DNA of 64,000 nucleotides from Antedon mediterranea (GCF_964355755.1 NC_092672.1:29146437-29210436), one strand, 5' to 3'. Counted from the first letter of the stretch, positions 28,260 to 40,706 are shown. Numbers and translations are program-made. Notes: generated by a model not told the origin, from the letters alone.

Positions 28260-30434
28260 TGATCCAGTTTGTTTTTGTTAAATAATGTTGTTAGATGCAA
28301 GAAGTTGACGTATACATTAATAAATGATTATCGGATGAGACTGTATATGGATTACAAACAATCACGTGACGTTGAACAGGCAATGAGTCTCCTTACCTGT
28401 AATGGTTTTTTTCATTAAAACTCTACAATATACAATTACGTTAAATATAACGATCCAGTTGGGTTTTTAAAAATAATGTTGTTCGATGCAAGAAGTTGGC
28501 TCGTCTGGGTTCCAGACGGAGTTTTGTCTTAATATTAGTAAAAAGATAAATATTTTGGCACATATGGCGTTTCATACGTATATTACTTGAGAAAAAATCG
28601 AAATAAAACAAATAAATAAAAAAAGACAATGAATAGGCCTACAGACTTGGGGAAAGTCTAGAAGTTGACGTATACATTAATAAATTACTATAATTATGAT
28701 TAGACTGTATATGGTGATTAAAAACAATCACGTAACGTTGAACAGCCAATGAGTCTGCTTACCTGTAAGTTTCCTTTATTACAACCCTCGTATAAAAAGG
28801 TATCTTGTTTGGGTTTACCACTCCTTTCGTGGCAGAGATCGCACTGACAGTTGTACACAAATACACAACCTACGAGAAAAAGAATCAGCAATAGAGAATG
28901 AAACGTTAAACGATACTTTGCTGAACGTTACTCTCAACCACTGTAGAAACTTCTGAGAAGTTAAATACATCGCAATTAACAAATGAAGAGTACATTATGA
29001 ACTTTTCTATCGGAGACATATTTGCATGGCTTATGGTGATCATAACAGTTTGCGGTAACATTATTGTGATTGTTTCTTGGTTGGTAGAAAAGAAAATAAA
29101 CTCCAAACCGTCCAGCATATTGATCCTCAACTTAAGCGTCGCTGATCTTCTTGTTGGATGTATTTCGCTGCCTATGTACAACGTCTATATGTATCATGGA
29201 CACTGGACTCATGGAAAAATTATTTGTAAAATTTGGAATTCTATTGACTTTATATCTACTCAACAATCAGTTTGGATGATTCTGTTGATCAGTTTAGACC
29301 GATATTGGGTGTTGAAAAAGGGTACGGAGTACAACCATTTTCAAACACATCGTAGAACAGCTGTTTTGTCTGCTATTGGATGGATAATGTTCTCGCTATT
29401 TGCTGTTATGAATTTATGGGGTGACAGTATTGGCTGCCAAGAACTCCCACAGACAGATGTTGATAATATGTGCACTGTGGCAATAACTGATGACGCTTGG
29501 AATATTATATATACATTAATTATGTTTATAATACCATTGATATGTATAATCTATTTAAACGTATTGGTATATATGAATATCCTTAAACGCGTATGCACTG
29601 TTGGCTCCGCCAATCAACAAATAGGCCTTGGCTCAGTTTCCACAAGCAGGTCTAGGTCTCACCACCTAAATCTTCCAAATACATACCAGCACAACTTCTC
29701 AACCAGTTATCCATCGCAAGTCGTTCATCACGTTAGTAACTCTTATGTCGGCTTTCTGCATTTGTTGGCTGCCGTTCAATATTGCCATAATTGTATACAC
29801 TTCTTGCGGCTGGTGGAACCGAAAATTCCTCAACTACCTACTATGGTCAAATTCCATGGTGAATCCGTTCGTGTACGCGGCTACTAGCCCACATTTCAGA
29901 GAATTCTTTGTAAATGCCATATGTCGTTCCAAACATAGAACAACCAGAGTACAAGCAATATGTTAGTTAAAGTTAACAATGTTTTACAAGAATAACATGT
30001 TTCGATGTTCACAATGTACGCCTCCCTCTTGAATTGTTTGGGTTAAATAGGCCGTTTTCACTTTGACCAAAAATTGGATTGAAAAAAAATGTTTACTTTG
30101 AAAAATTGTAATTTACAGGGGTTTTTTTGCTGTAGAAAGGGAATAACATGATTTAAACTGAAAATACTCATTTATTAGCAATTTCAGAAACACTTTTGAC
30201 ACATTTTTGAATGATTATATTATACACAAGGTGTATTAATCTATTCTTTCTATGAATCACTATAGAACTTTATCAAACGTTATCACTTATTATGGAATTA
30301 TACTCAATCAATTGTATGTTTCAAACACGTCTCTCTAATCTAAACACCGTTTGTTATATTTACTTGCTTGTTTGACTGAGAATACTTTCTTATCCATAAG
30401 GTATTTGGTTTTTTTGTTTTTTTTAGTCTTCATC
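28260..30434 (+). repeat. Right arm of the inverted segmental duplication
   Basis: Reverse-complement match to 22735-24720. Confidence 0.92.
28891..29966 (+). pseudogene. Histamine H3/H4-like aminergic GPCR, copy B, disrupted
   Basis: Paralog of copy A. The start ATG is changed to ATA (28891) and there is a 2-bp deletion near 28924-28928. A new in-frame ATG sits at 28997. A 4-bp ATAC duplication at 29679-29686 shifts TM6-7 (CWLPF, NPFVY; ORF 29745-29966) out of frame. Confidence 0.88.
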
Positions 30435-30936
30435 CCATGTTTTTCCTCTGTTAACTTTCGCGTTCATTTAGCTTGTGCTTTTGTTTTGTTTTTGGCATTA
30501 TTTACTACTAAATCAGGTTCTGCTTCTGGCATAGAAATATTATAATGAGTTATTCTGGACAGACTTTCAGCAGTTTTTCTTTTTGCGATTTTGTCTTTTT
30601 AATTTATATTACAACTAAATAACTATTTATTACTGTACTATGTCAGTAAATGATTGAATTATCAATAATTAAAAGTTATCAATTAAATAAATATTATTTT
30701 TAAATAAGTACGGTATAAGGAGAAATTTATCAGAGAAAACACCAAACCAATGGGAGAGATTGTAACTTTTGAGTAATTTGAAAAGTATTTCAGTAATATA
30801 CGTACAGTAGTGTGATTGCGCTGGTTCAACTATATTTATTTGTAAAAATAGTTATGTAATGCATGCCGGTCTAATTAGTACGTTGTAAGCGTGTAGGTCT
30901 ATTTATTGTTGCTCATTGTTGGTACATGTGACCAGT

Positions 30937-32165
30937 GTATGATGCACAAGTTTTCGTTGTTGTATTAAAGTATGAAAGAAGCTACACTAACTTTATAGTC
31001 GTTACTTTGTTCTGGCTGTACAAGAGATTACGGATCCATAATGGTGGACAAGCCGGTCTTCAGTACTAAAGCAACATAACCACAGGGTGCTGAGCTTCGG
31101 AGATCAAAGGGTTTATCTGTGGCTGCAACATGATCAGTTCCCCTTAACAACAGACTCAGCGCTGCAGAGAATACTGTCTATTAGCCTACATATGTAGTAC
31201 AGTTACTGTTGGTATTTGATTCCGCCATAGAATATACAGGAGAAATAAAAAGATCTGTAGAAAAAAGGTGTAGACAGAGCTTTATTACTTGATTGAAAGC
31301 AGAGATCAAGAGCTGATGATGAACAAAATATGAAATTATTATGATACTCTGTGAAGGTGACTTTAATATGTAATCATAGATTATACGCAATGCTTTCAGT
31401 TGGTTTAGAAGTAATCAATGCGCAGTAGTCGATTGTTGTGATAGCTACCAGCCATAGCAACACTCTAGCATTGGAATAGCTAGATATAAAGTAGTAACGG
31501 GAATCGGGAAAGAATTATTATCTGTAGGCCTAATTGGTTCTATCTGAGTTGACAGCTTCCATTTCCGCTAGGTTTCTATTAAAGTGAAATACATTAAAAT
31601 TCCATTAAATGTAATACTACAGGATCTTCCATCAATACAAAGATACAAATAATGATGTCAACTTAGTGCAATGGTGCAAATAATTTCATGAAGTCAAAAT
31701 ATAACATTATCATTCACCGAATGAAATTATTTGTACCATTACACTTTTTTGTTACACCTACGTTTACATAAGATCTTAACTAAACCATTCGAAAGGCAAC
31801 GCTCCAGATATACAAATAAAACAAGTTTATTATCATATAGTAATTCGAATGCATTTATAATACACATGGACTATACCTAAACATATAATAGAAATGCAAT
31901 GAATAGTAATAACAAGATATGTTTTACGTATTCCTTATTCATGAATTCGGACTGTGATGAAGAGGTTTAGATATCGCGTGAATAAGCCTTACATGCATCA
32001 TATTGTTTTCGGCTTTATTCTTAGTTTTTACTTTATAGAGTGTGGTCAATCCATAACGAAACACCTGCGTCGGTATGTCACCATTAAAAAAAAAAATAGA
32101 TATTTAGATTTAGAGTTTAAATCGATCCTTAGATCTGTACTGTACCGTATTTCTCTAACTTAATA
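30937..32165 (+). repeat. Direct duplicate of 32780-35738 with large internal deletions
   Basis: 30937-31398 matches 32780-33243, 31431-31610 matches 34412-34590, and 31646-32165 matches parts of 34939-35738. Confidence 0.9.
31431..31562 (-). pseudogene. N-terminal relic of the 410-aa GPCR (about the first 44 codons, frameshifted)
   Basis: Near-identical to 34412-34546, including the ATG context and upstream acceptor. The rest of the CDS is absent. Confidence 0.88.
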
Positions 32166-33313
32166 TTAGTAACATTTCAATAAATAAAAGAAAACATGCA
32201 ATAACAAAAATCAAAATACAGTAACGCGAATTTAAGACTGTATTTGTGTACTGTTTGATAATATGTTATAAAAATGTTTGTGAATTATAAATTGTTATAA
32301 GATGACAACTAAATCATTTCAAGCACAAAAAAGTACTAATTTATCAACAACTGCAGAACATTTTTTGTTTATAATACTCTATTTTACTAAATGCGTAATC
32401 CAATAGTCTTGTTCCTGATGAAAAACGAATAATACCGGTCGAAATGTCGATCGAGAAACTCAACAGATCTTTTTAAATCTAAAAAGAACTTCGATCATAT
32501 AGCGTGGTGTACCGCAAACTTTATATCAACATTATTGACAATCACTAGTCTTACTATTCGTTGGTATTATTTATTCTTTTTTTCATCAGTCACTTTTTTT
32601 AGTTTCATACATTTTTTTTCGCTTTAGGCAATTTAGAACCACACAAAATCAATAATACACTTTCACATTCGTTACTGTCTTTATTAACTCTATAAATATA
32701 ATTTTATTTTCTTATTTTGGCATTTACAATACACCATTTGACGAAACAGAACAATCCAGTTTGTATTTTTTATTTAAAAATGTATGATGCACAAGTTTTC
32801 GTTGTTGTATTAAAGTATGAAAGAAGCCACACTAACTTTATTGTCGTTACTTTCTTCTGGCTGTACAAGAGATTACGGAACCGTATGATGGACAAGCCGG
32901 TCTTCAGTACTAAGGCAACCTAACCACAGGATGCTGAGCTTTGGAGATCAAAGGGTTTATCTGTGGCTGCAACTTGATCCGTTCCTCTTAACAGACAACG
33001 CACCACGGAGAATACTGTTTATTACTGTATGTACGTATGTAGTACAGTTACTGTTGGTATTTGATTCCGCCAGAGAATATACGAGAGAAATAAAAAGATA
33101 TGTAGAAAAAAAAAGGTGTAGACAGAGCTTTATTATTTGATTGAAAGCAGAGATTAAGAGCTCATGATGAACTAAATATGAAATTATTATGATACTCTGT
33201 GGTGACTTTAATATGTAATCATAGATTATACGCAATGCTTTCAATACTATTATATTTGAAACAAACAATTTCAATAACTAAATATTGTTGGCTTATTGAA
33301 CACATAAGAAACA

Positions 33314-34546
33314 TTAAAATCTTATTCGTTTCCTTAAAAAGGTTTTGAAGTAAAATTGTCTAAACTGCGCATTTGTAGCAGCGTACAGGATCGGATTCAA
33401 CATAGAATTTGACCAGAGTAAAATGTTGACTACCTCCCAGAGGGCGGTATAGTTGCAACCACATAAAATCTGTAAAATAATAACAACGTTATACGGCAAC
33501 CAACAAGTTAAAAATACAGTTATAAGTGCCATTAGCATGACGAAAGTCTTATGAAGATGAGATTTCGGTTGAAAATGTTTATTCATAACTAAAGAGTTTT
33601 CTGGTGGATTCTCGGCAACTTTTCTGGTTCTTCTTTTATCAGTTATATTAAATGTTTTAGGCTCGAACATTTCTTCACCAGCAGCAGTCCTCTCTTGTTC
33701 TTGAATAGTACTCTCCGTAGAAATGTCTTCTGTACACAAATATTCGTCATCATTTTTCAGTGCTACAAGTTTAGTTTTTCCCGCGTAAGATTTGTTCGGT
33801 TGTCTTATCTTAATCACAGAAACATTTGAAGAATGTCTTCTTCTGACAAAGAATTTAATACCACGTGATCGATTTCTTATATTTTTGTATACAACGCTAT
33901 TAAAGTATATCAACAAACATAGTGGTATTAAAAACTCTATAAAAAGTGTTATCATTTCAAACAGAAATGTATCAAATATTTCAAACTCACACTCAGAATT
34001 ATAATCAATGGTACCCGTATGTTCATAAAGTACCGGCCAAATAAAGCATGAAAAGGAGAAATATATCAGAGAAAATAACCAACCAATTAGAGACATAATC
34101 CAAGTTTTTCGATTGTTTTGAAAAGTTCTGTATTTTAGTCCTTTTTTTACTAACCAATATCGATCCATACTTATGAACACAATCATGAAAACCGCTTGTA
34201 AACACACCGTGTAGTCGATTAACATCCATATTTGGCAAGGTAACTTTCCAAGAGGCCAGTATCCATATTGTAAGTAAATATTATTCAACGGCATGGACAT
34301 TAAGCCGATGATCAGATCTGCTAGAGACAGGTTCAGAATGAAAACATTTGCTGGTTTTGAGTTTACCTTATCATCTAAGAACCAGGCTGAAATTACCAGA
34401 ATATTACCACAGATTGTTGTGATAGCTACCAGCCATAGCAACACTAGCGTTGGAATAGCAAGATGTAAAGTATCAACGGGCATCGGGAAAGAATTATTAT
34501 CTGTAGGCCTAATTGGTTCTATCTGAGTTGACAGTTCAGTTTCCAT
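33314..34546 (-). CDS. Intact class A aminergic GPCR, histamine H3/H4-like, 410 aa, single coding exon
   Basis: Seven TM segments with GN, LSLADLIIG, WPLG-x-x-x-C, IDY (D3.32), MDRY, IEFLIP (E5.46), CWLPY and LLWSNSMLNPILY, plus a long basic ICL3. A splice acceptor (TTTAATAG) lies about 13 nt upstream of the ATG. Confidence 0.95.
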   Translation of the reverse strand: METELSTQIEPIRPTDNNSFPMPVDTLHLAIPTLVLLWLVAITTICGNILVISAWFLDDKVNSKPANVFILNLSLADLIIGLMSMPLNNIYLQYGYWPLGKLPCQIWMLIDYTVCLQAVFMIVFISMDRYWLVKKGLKYRTFQNNRKTWIMSLIGWLFSLIYFSFSCFIWPVLYEHTGTIDYNSECEFEIFDTFLFEMITLFIEFLIPLCLLIYFNSVVYKNIRNRSRGIKFFVRRRHSSNVSVIKIRQPNKSYAGKTKLVALKNDDEYLCTEDISTESTIQEQERTAAGEEMFEPKTFNITDKRRTRKVAENPPENSLVMNKHFQPKSHLHKTFVMLMALITVFLTCWLPYNVVIILQILCGCNYTALWEVVNILLWSNSMLNPILYAATNAQFRQFYFKTFLRKRIRF

Positions 34547-35964
34547 TTCCGCCAGGTTTCTATTAAAGTTAAAAACAATAAAATTTCATTCAATGAAAAC
34601 CACTAAAGAATTGTTTAATCTATTAACAATATTATAGTAAGTAAGTAATCATTTTATTTTCCACACTCGTAAAATACATGAATTATGGAGTAGAAAAAAA
34701 ATATTATATGCATTGTATGGAATGAGACTATTTAAGTTAAGACAATAACTTTAAGTCATAGCCATCTTAAACTGAGTTGGAAAAAAAATACGAAGCACGA
34801 CTTAAAGAATAGTTTAAAGTCATCTAAATCATAATTCTTAAATAAAATTAAATAAAATTGTAAGTAAAAATATAAATACCAGGTATAAATTACAACATAC
34901 ACACAATGTAAGTAAATAAAATGATTGCAGAAACTTATAGATACAAATAATGAAGTTAACTTAGTGCAATAGTACAAATAATTTCATGAAATATAACATT
35001 TTATCCTTCACAGAATGAAATTATTTGTACCATTACACTCATAAACATGCATTATTTGTTTTATAACACACCTACGTTTACCGTAAGGTCTAACTAAACC
35101 ATTCGAAAATACAGCGAATATATTATCTTGGAGCAGAGTAGGGGTGTTTTTTGGGGTTTCGATTGTGGATTGTTTTGTAGTGCTCAACAAATTGGTAAAG
35201 ATAAAGTCTTGTAGGCTCTACTCGTAATTTAGTTCAATAATTGAAGTTAAGAAAATACTTTAAGTTGCAAAGTTCATTATCATATAGTAAGGTTCAGAGT
35301 CTTTAAAGTACTGTCTTCCTTAAATAAGTTTGACTTCGAATGCATTTATAATACACATGGACTATACCTAAAAATATACTTTACCCTTCCTTTAACGTCC
35401 ACGATTTAATAGATAGGCCTATTATTCATCTGTAGGTTACTTGTGGTAGGTAATTACTTATATAATAAATAAAAGTAATGCAATGAATATTAATAACAAT
35501 GATACATATTCCTTATTCATGAATTCGGACTGTGATGAAGAGGTTTAGATATCGCGTGATAAGCCTTACATGCATCATATTGTTTTCGGCTTTATTCTTA
35601 GTTTTTACTTTATAGAGTGTGGTCAATCCATAACGAAACACCTGCGTCGATATGTTACCATTAAAAAAAAGATCTTTATATTTAGATTTTAAATAGATGC
35701 TTAGATCTGTAGATGTACGGGTATTTCTCTAACTTAATAAATGATAGAAGATATTTACCTCGAACCACAGAGTAAGAGAAGGTACGTTTTGACGGATGGC
35801 AATATTGATGATTTTTTTTAGTGACCTTGGTTCTTTTATCATTTGGTTGATAATATTAGATTTTGAACATCCGTTTCTTCAATTCTTCTTCTTCAATTGT
35901 AATTAATGTCCGTATACTATATTATCTAAAAATTAAATGAGAATTTCTGTACAGATAAAATAAC

Positions 35965-36400
35965 GATGACTTTACAGCAATCTGTTGATGACTTTTACAG
36001 CAATCTCTTGATGATTTTACAGCAATCTCTTGATGATTTTACAGCAATCTCTTGATGACTTTACAGCAATCTGTTGATGACTTTACAGAAATCTCTTGAT
36101 GAATTTGCAGCAATATCTTTATAAATTTACAGCAATCTCTAGATGATTTTACAGAAATCTCTTGATGACTTACAGCAGCAATCTCTTGATGAGTTACTTC
36201 AATCTTTTGATGACTTTACAGCAATCTCTTGATGAGTTTACAGCAATCTCTTGATGAGTTACATCAATATTTAGATGATTTTTACAACAATCTCTTGATG
36301 ACTTTACAGCAATCTCTTGATGACTTTATAGCAATCTCTTGATGAGTTTACAGCAATCTCTTAATTTTTAATTTTTTAACAAAGCAATCTCTTGATGAGT
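35965..36400. repeat. 22-bp minisatellite (TGATGACTTTACAGCAATCTCT), about 19 copies
   Basis: Directly visible. Confidence 0.95.
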
Positions 36401-36510
36401 TTTAAACTGTCGCTTTGTACTTTTTCCTCTGGTTTGATGAGTGTTTTCGCGTTTATTCTTTTGAACAATTGTACAAAAAGTTAGAAAGGCTCTCCCTAAG
36501 ATTTCTCAAA

Positions 36511-37099
36511 CTTCAAATGTAAACAATCTTCTTGTTTTCTATAATCTATAATCAATATATTTCTTGAAAATGTCTCAATCTTTTGAGATCAATTTATTGT
36601 TTATACTTTCTCCGTGATTCCCCCGTGCTTGTTTCCTATATTAAAATCATGTTGCAACGCAATTCATGACGAATTATTTGAAAAAGAAGTTGAATCATCT
36701 GACTGTTGCGATGTACACGGGGATGTAGGTACGCAGTGTGCAAAGCAGAAAACTGCGCGCGTCTACGGCACCGTCGGTCCCCACTTGTGACACGCAATGT
36801 TATGTTCTTACGGTACTTTGCGTCGATATGTTGCGTTTACGTTCTTGCGTTGTGTCTTCTAGTGGGAACCAAACGGTGTTTATTAAAAGCGTGGAAACAT
36901 AAAACGATTAAAGCTAGCCCACTTCATCAATGCCATGCCAGTGGTTGATCAGTTTGTGACGTCCTGTCGATAATTATGTAAGAAAATCGGCTTATATTGA
37001 TTGATTCGATATCTGTTGTGTCTACTTCAGTTCTTCATGGCAACATTGTATTATAATTATATTACTACACTCAGGTAAAGCAATTCCGACATAGTACAT
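36511..37099 (+). repeat. ~580-bp direct repeat, copy 1 (copy 2 at 42171-42737)
   Basis: Near-identical sequence. The ORFs 36706-36948 and 42370-42606 are its by-products. Confidence 0.92.
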
Positions 37100-37380
37100 A
37101 GCTACTGTACATAACGTATTACAACTTATGTATACATATATAATCTACACGTTGTGTTAATTGCTGTAATTAACATTGTGCAGGTTCACGATAATGGAAT
37201 CTTGAAATCTAATACAATCTGAGACCACATGGCAGTTTCACACACAACTACTAGTTTCATTTGGGAAAATAACATGACTAGACATTTTGATAAAGGCCTG
37301 TTTATACTATACGGACGATAAAGAACGACGATCAATGATAAACATACATTTTGTTTACAGGAAAACAATAAATCTTCTTA

Positions 37381-37522
37381 AACTCTATCTACACTATCAC
37401 ATTTTATATGCCCATATATGGACATGATGATGTCATAACACTACTATATTTGGGCATACTACTACCCTATTTCGGCACATCACACTTTTTTGTCAAACTT
37501 GTTTGATAGTGTAGACTGATCT
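37381..37522. mobile_element. MITE, same family as 6396-6524
   Basis: Degenerate TIRs (AACTCTATCTACACTATCA / TGATAGTGTAGACTGATCT) with a TTA TSD. Confidence 0.8.
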
Positions 37523-37646
37523 TTAAAATGGTAGAATAACCATTATGTTGTATTTATTAAAAATCCAATTAAATGACGTCATGATTGGTTGCACAATTTT
37601 TGGCTTCGCAAAGAAGTTGAAATTTCAGTGGGCTAATGTTCTTGCG

Positions 37647-37880
37647 CATTTAAGGTGCCTTTTTTCGGTAATAAGAAAGTTTTAGGTGATTTGTTTTTAA
37701 CCATTTAAACTTGGCAACGCAAGCAAATTTATAAATGACGTATGAGCAACAGTTCGAATAATTCATCTCTTGTGATTCGACAAATCACGTGCTTGCGCGT
37801 ACAGTAAGCTGGTAGTCAACTCGCTTGCTTGCTATGCGTCGCGTCTGTGTCCTTGCTTTGTGTCCTACCGGGAATCAAGC
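37647..37880 (+). repeat. ~235-bp direct repeat (partner 38797-39040)
   Basis: CATTTAAGGTGCCTTTTT...GGGAATCAAGC is present at both positions. Confidence 0.88.
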
Positions 37881-39989
37881 TTTATAATCAGACGGCAAAG
37901 TGTTAACTTTCATCATATTTTTTCAAGTTTATAACATAATTATTAAAAAGACATGACTTTGGTAAACGTTTTGACTAAAATGTATATTAGCCTATTTTCT
38001 AAAATACATAATCTCAACTCTCTCCCTTTCCTAAACAAAATTGTCAATTTTGAATTGAAAATAAAGAGGGAGAGTTTTGATATGCACCGTCGTCGGGGAC
38101 AACTTCATATATTTGTCCCTATTGATGATTACATAATTGGTTTTCAACATAAGTCCCATTATGAAGCTATGGGGTATGATCAAAGAACCTAGGTCTTTGG
38201 TATGATATTAAAGAATTTCGATAAAGCGCCCTCTACAGATAAATCTAATGACGTTTCTTAAAATACGGGAAATTTAAAGTACAATACCAGACCTGCCTAT
38301 ACACGTACACGGGGATTTTGTTTGTTTTTTGTGCAATTTTCTTTTAAACATCGGACAACAGAATATTATGGTATGTTGGTTTTTAATTATAATTGCAATG
38401 ATTGATGCTATCATTTGTTTCCTTCTTAATATCTAGTGTTAGGACATGTTTCCTCGTGAGGCTTTTTGTTGATACTTTTTGTTTGTAAACTTAAAACGAC
38501 GGGAGGCCTACCACCACTGACTGGAGCACGGAATGAGTACGACCAGCCAGTTCCTCATTGTTAATGTTATAGCAAGTGCGATGAACACGCCATGGCCTTT
38601 CCCACTAAAACATCCCTCTAGGCAATGATGGGTAAAGACGATGGTGAGTAAAAGACAATAGCGAGTTTTTAAAAATTACAAAAAAAATCACTAGATCCCA
38701 ACCGCAGTACCACACCACACTATACCAGTCAATCAAACGAAACAGTGTAAACTTTGACCAATCAATTGCGTTCCCCCAACGGAACCCTAACCACTTCATT
38801 TAAGGTGCCTTTTTCAGAATTAAGAAAGTTTTAGGTGTTTTTTTTTTTAACCATTTAAGCTTGGTTACCACTATAAGCTGCAACGCAAGCAAATTTATCA
38901 ATGACGTATGAGCAACAGTTCAAATAATTCATCCCTTATGATTCGTCAAATCACTTGCTTGCGCGTACAGTACATTGGTGGTCAACTCGCTTGTGTCGCG
39001 TCTGTGTCCTTGCTTTGTTGTGTCCTAGTGGGAATCAAGCCTGACCACTTCATTTGTAGAGAGCTCTGCTCTGCTAGGTATTCTTTTGTATCATATCGAC
39101 CATTGTACAATACCAATGGAAGGATAGTAGTGCAGTCCAAGTTTACTTAGCATCATTACTCAACATTAAATCATTGCCCACTACTAGATGGGTTTTTTTT
39201 TTACTAGTAGGTAGGTTCTTTAGCCACCAAGCAGCGTTTCATAATCATAAATACCAGAAATTAATTTTCCCATAGATTTGTAGTTTGTTTAAAATCTGTA
39301 GCATTCATTTTAATTAGTTGGTCATTATTAAAGCCACATTTAAAATTTAAAATTAGAAAATAGAGTCTACTACTAAAATAAAAAAACGTTCTTAAAATTC
39401 ATCAATAACTACTATGCTAATTTCAAATATTTCAACAAACATTACATGTACAATTTATAAATGTTAAGTGAATTAAAAGTACATTATTCTCCTCACATGC
39501 TTTTCTAATTACCTACCAACTCCACCAGGTAAAACAATTTGTTAACAATTAATTTACAATTCAATAAATTAAATTTGTCATAGGTTAATATTCTGGCTTT
39601 GATTCAGTAAAGCAGTTTAGTGAAAATATTTTAGTAATTCAAGTTCAAATTTAGCAGACATAACGCGCATATGCATTAATAATCCTTACAACATGATTTT
39701 TTTTCCAGTATGCCCAAACTCACAGCGTTAGTTTTAGATAGCTGTTACCCCTCTCGTATCTGGCATTTTTAATGATAGGCGGATGAGGCCAAATTAACTA
39801 GCATAATCTGTGACATTACATTGACCTTATGTCAAATGCCGACCAATGAATAAAGAGACACAATTGCAACCCACAGTCCTAAGAAAAGTGTATTTTTTAT
39901 TTCATTTTGTTTATTCTACAAACATCCAACAGCGAGTAACTCATTACAGAATGGATATAAACCATAATAATTGATCATGCTTGTAAACT

Positions 39990-40119
39990 ATAAGTCTCAT
40001 TTGAGGCTTGAAGAGTGGAGTTGAAAGAGTCGTGAGTTACAACCCTGGCGCTAGGTCAGGATTGAACCCTGAATCTTTGGATTGGAAGACAAGCATGTTT
40101 ACCACCAAGCTACAGCCCC
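39990..40119 (-). mobile_element. tRNA-derived SINE head, tRNA-Gly(TCC)-like
   Basis: Minus strand reads GGGGCTGTAGCTTGGTGGTAAA...CTTCCAA...GGTTCAATCC. The A and B boxes are present but the cloverleaf stems are imperfect. Confidence 0.6.
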
Positions 40120-40706
40120 ACTATTATATTATTGAAACAACATGCCTAGTCAAAATCGTTAAATTCATGACAAAATTAAACAGATCATGGGAAATTCATT
40201 GTCTGTTTAAATAAATTGAAATAGATAGTTAGTAACATCATGGAAGAGTGATGTAATGCTACTCTTCCTTGGTAACATTCACTATTTAAGCTGTCTGTCA
40301 CTTTAGAATTATTTTATAATTTATAATACATAATTTTCATTACAAAATTGTATTCATAAACTATTTTATTTATTTATTTTTAACCAAAAGTGTGTGTGGT
40401 CTGTCAACATATTTTACCAAAAAGGAAATCGTTAAGCATGAATGTGACTACAAAATTAATCATATTTATCCTAAAGATGACCTATATATCTTAGTCATTG
40501 CATCAATAGCTTAATTTTAATTCAAGTTTTATATTTCTGATATAAAGTTTTTTAAATTCCGTAAACAATATAGAGTTGACCTATGCAGTTTGTTCTTATT
40601 GGGCATGTTTTTGATGACAAGAAAACTGTTTTTTTTAAACTTATACATTTTTTCTTTAACATTTATTTTCCGATTAAAAACAATGATTTTTAACCTCAAC
40701 TATGAA

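Noticed and set aside
32957-33274. ORF resembling a signal peptide (KLCLHLFFSTYLFISLVYSLA), duplicated at 31181-31390
   Set aside because: It has no ATG, the hydrophobic start is a MITE terminus (AGCTCTGTCTACAC), and the duplicate has an early stop.
24020-34526. Antisense ORFs 24020-24361, 28906-29181, 33792-34004 and 34293-34526
   Set aside because: They are shadows of the GPCR reading frames on the opposite strand.
40047-40119. Functional tRNA-Gly gene
   Set aside because: The acceptor and anticodon stems pair poorly, so it is better explained as a SINE head or pseudogene.
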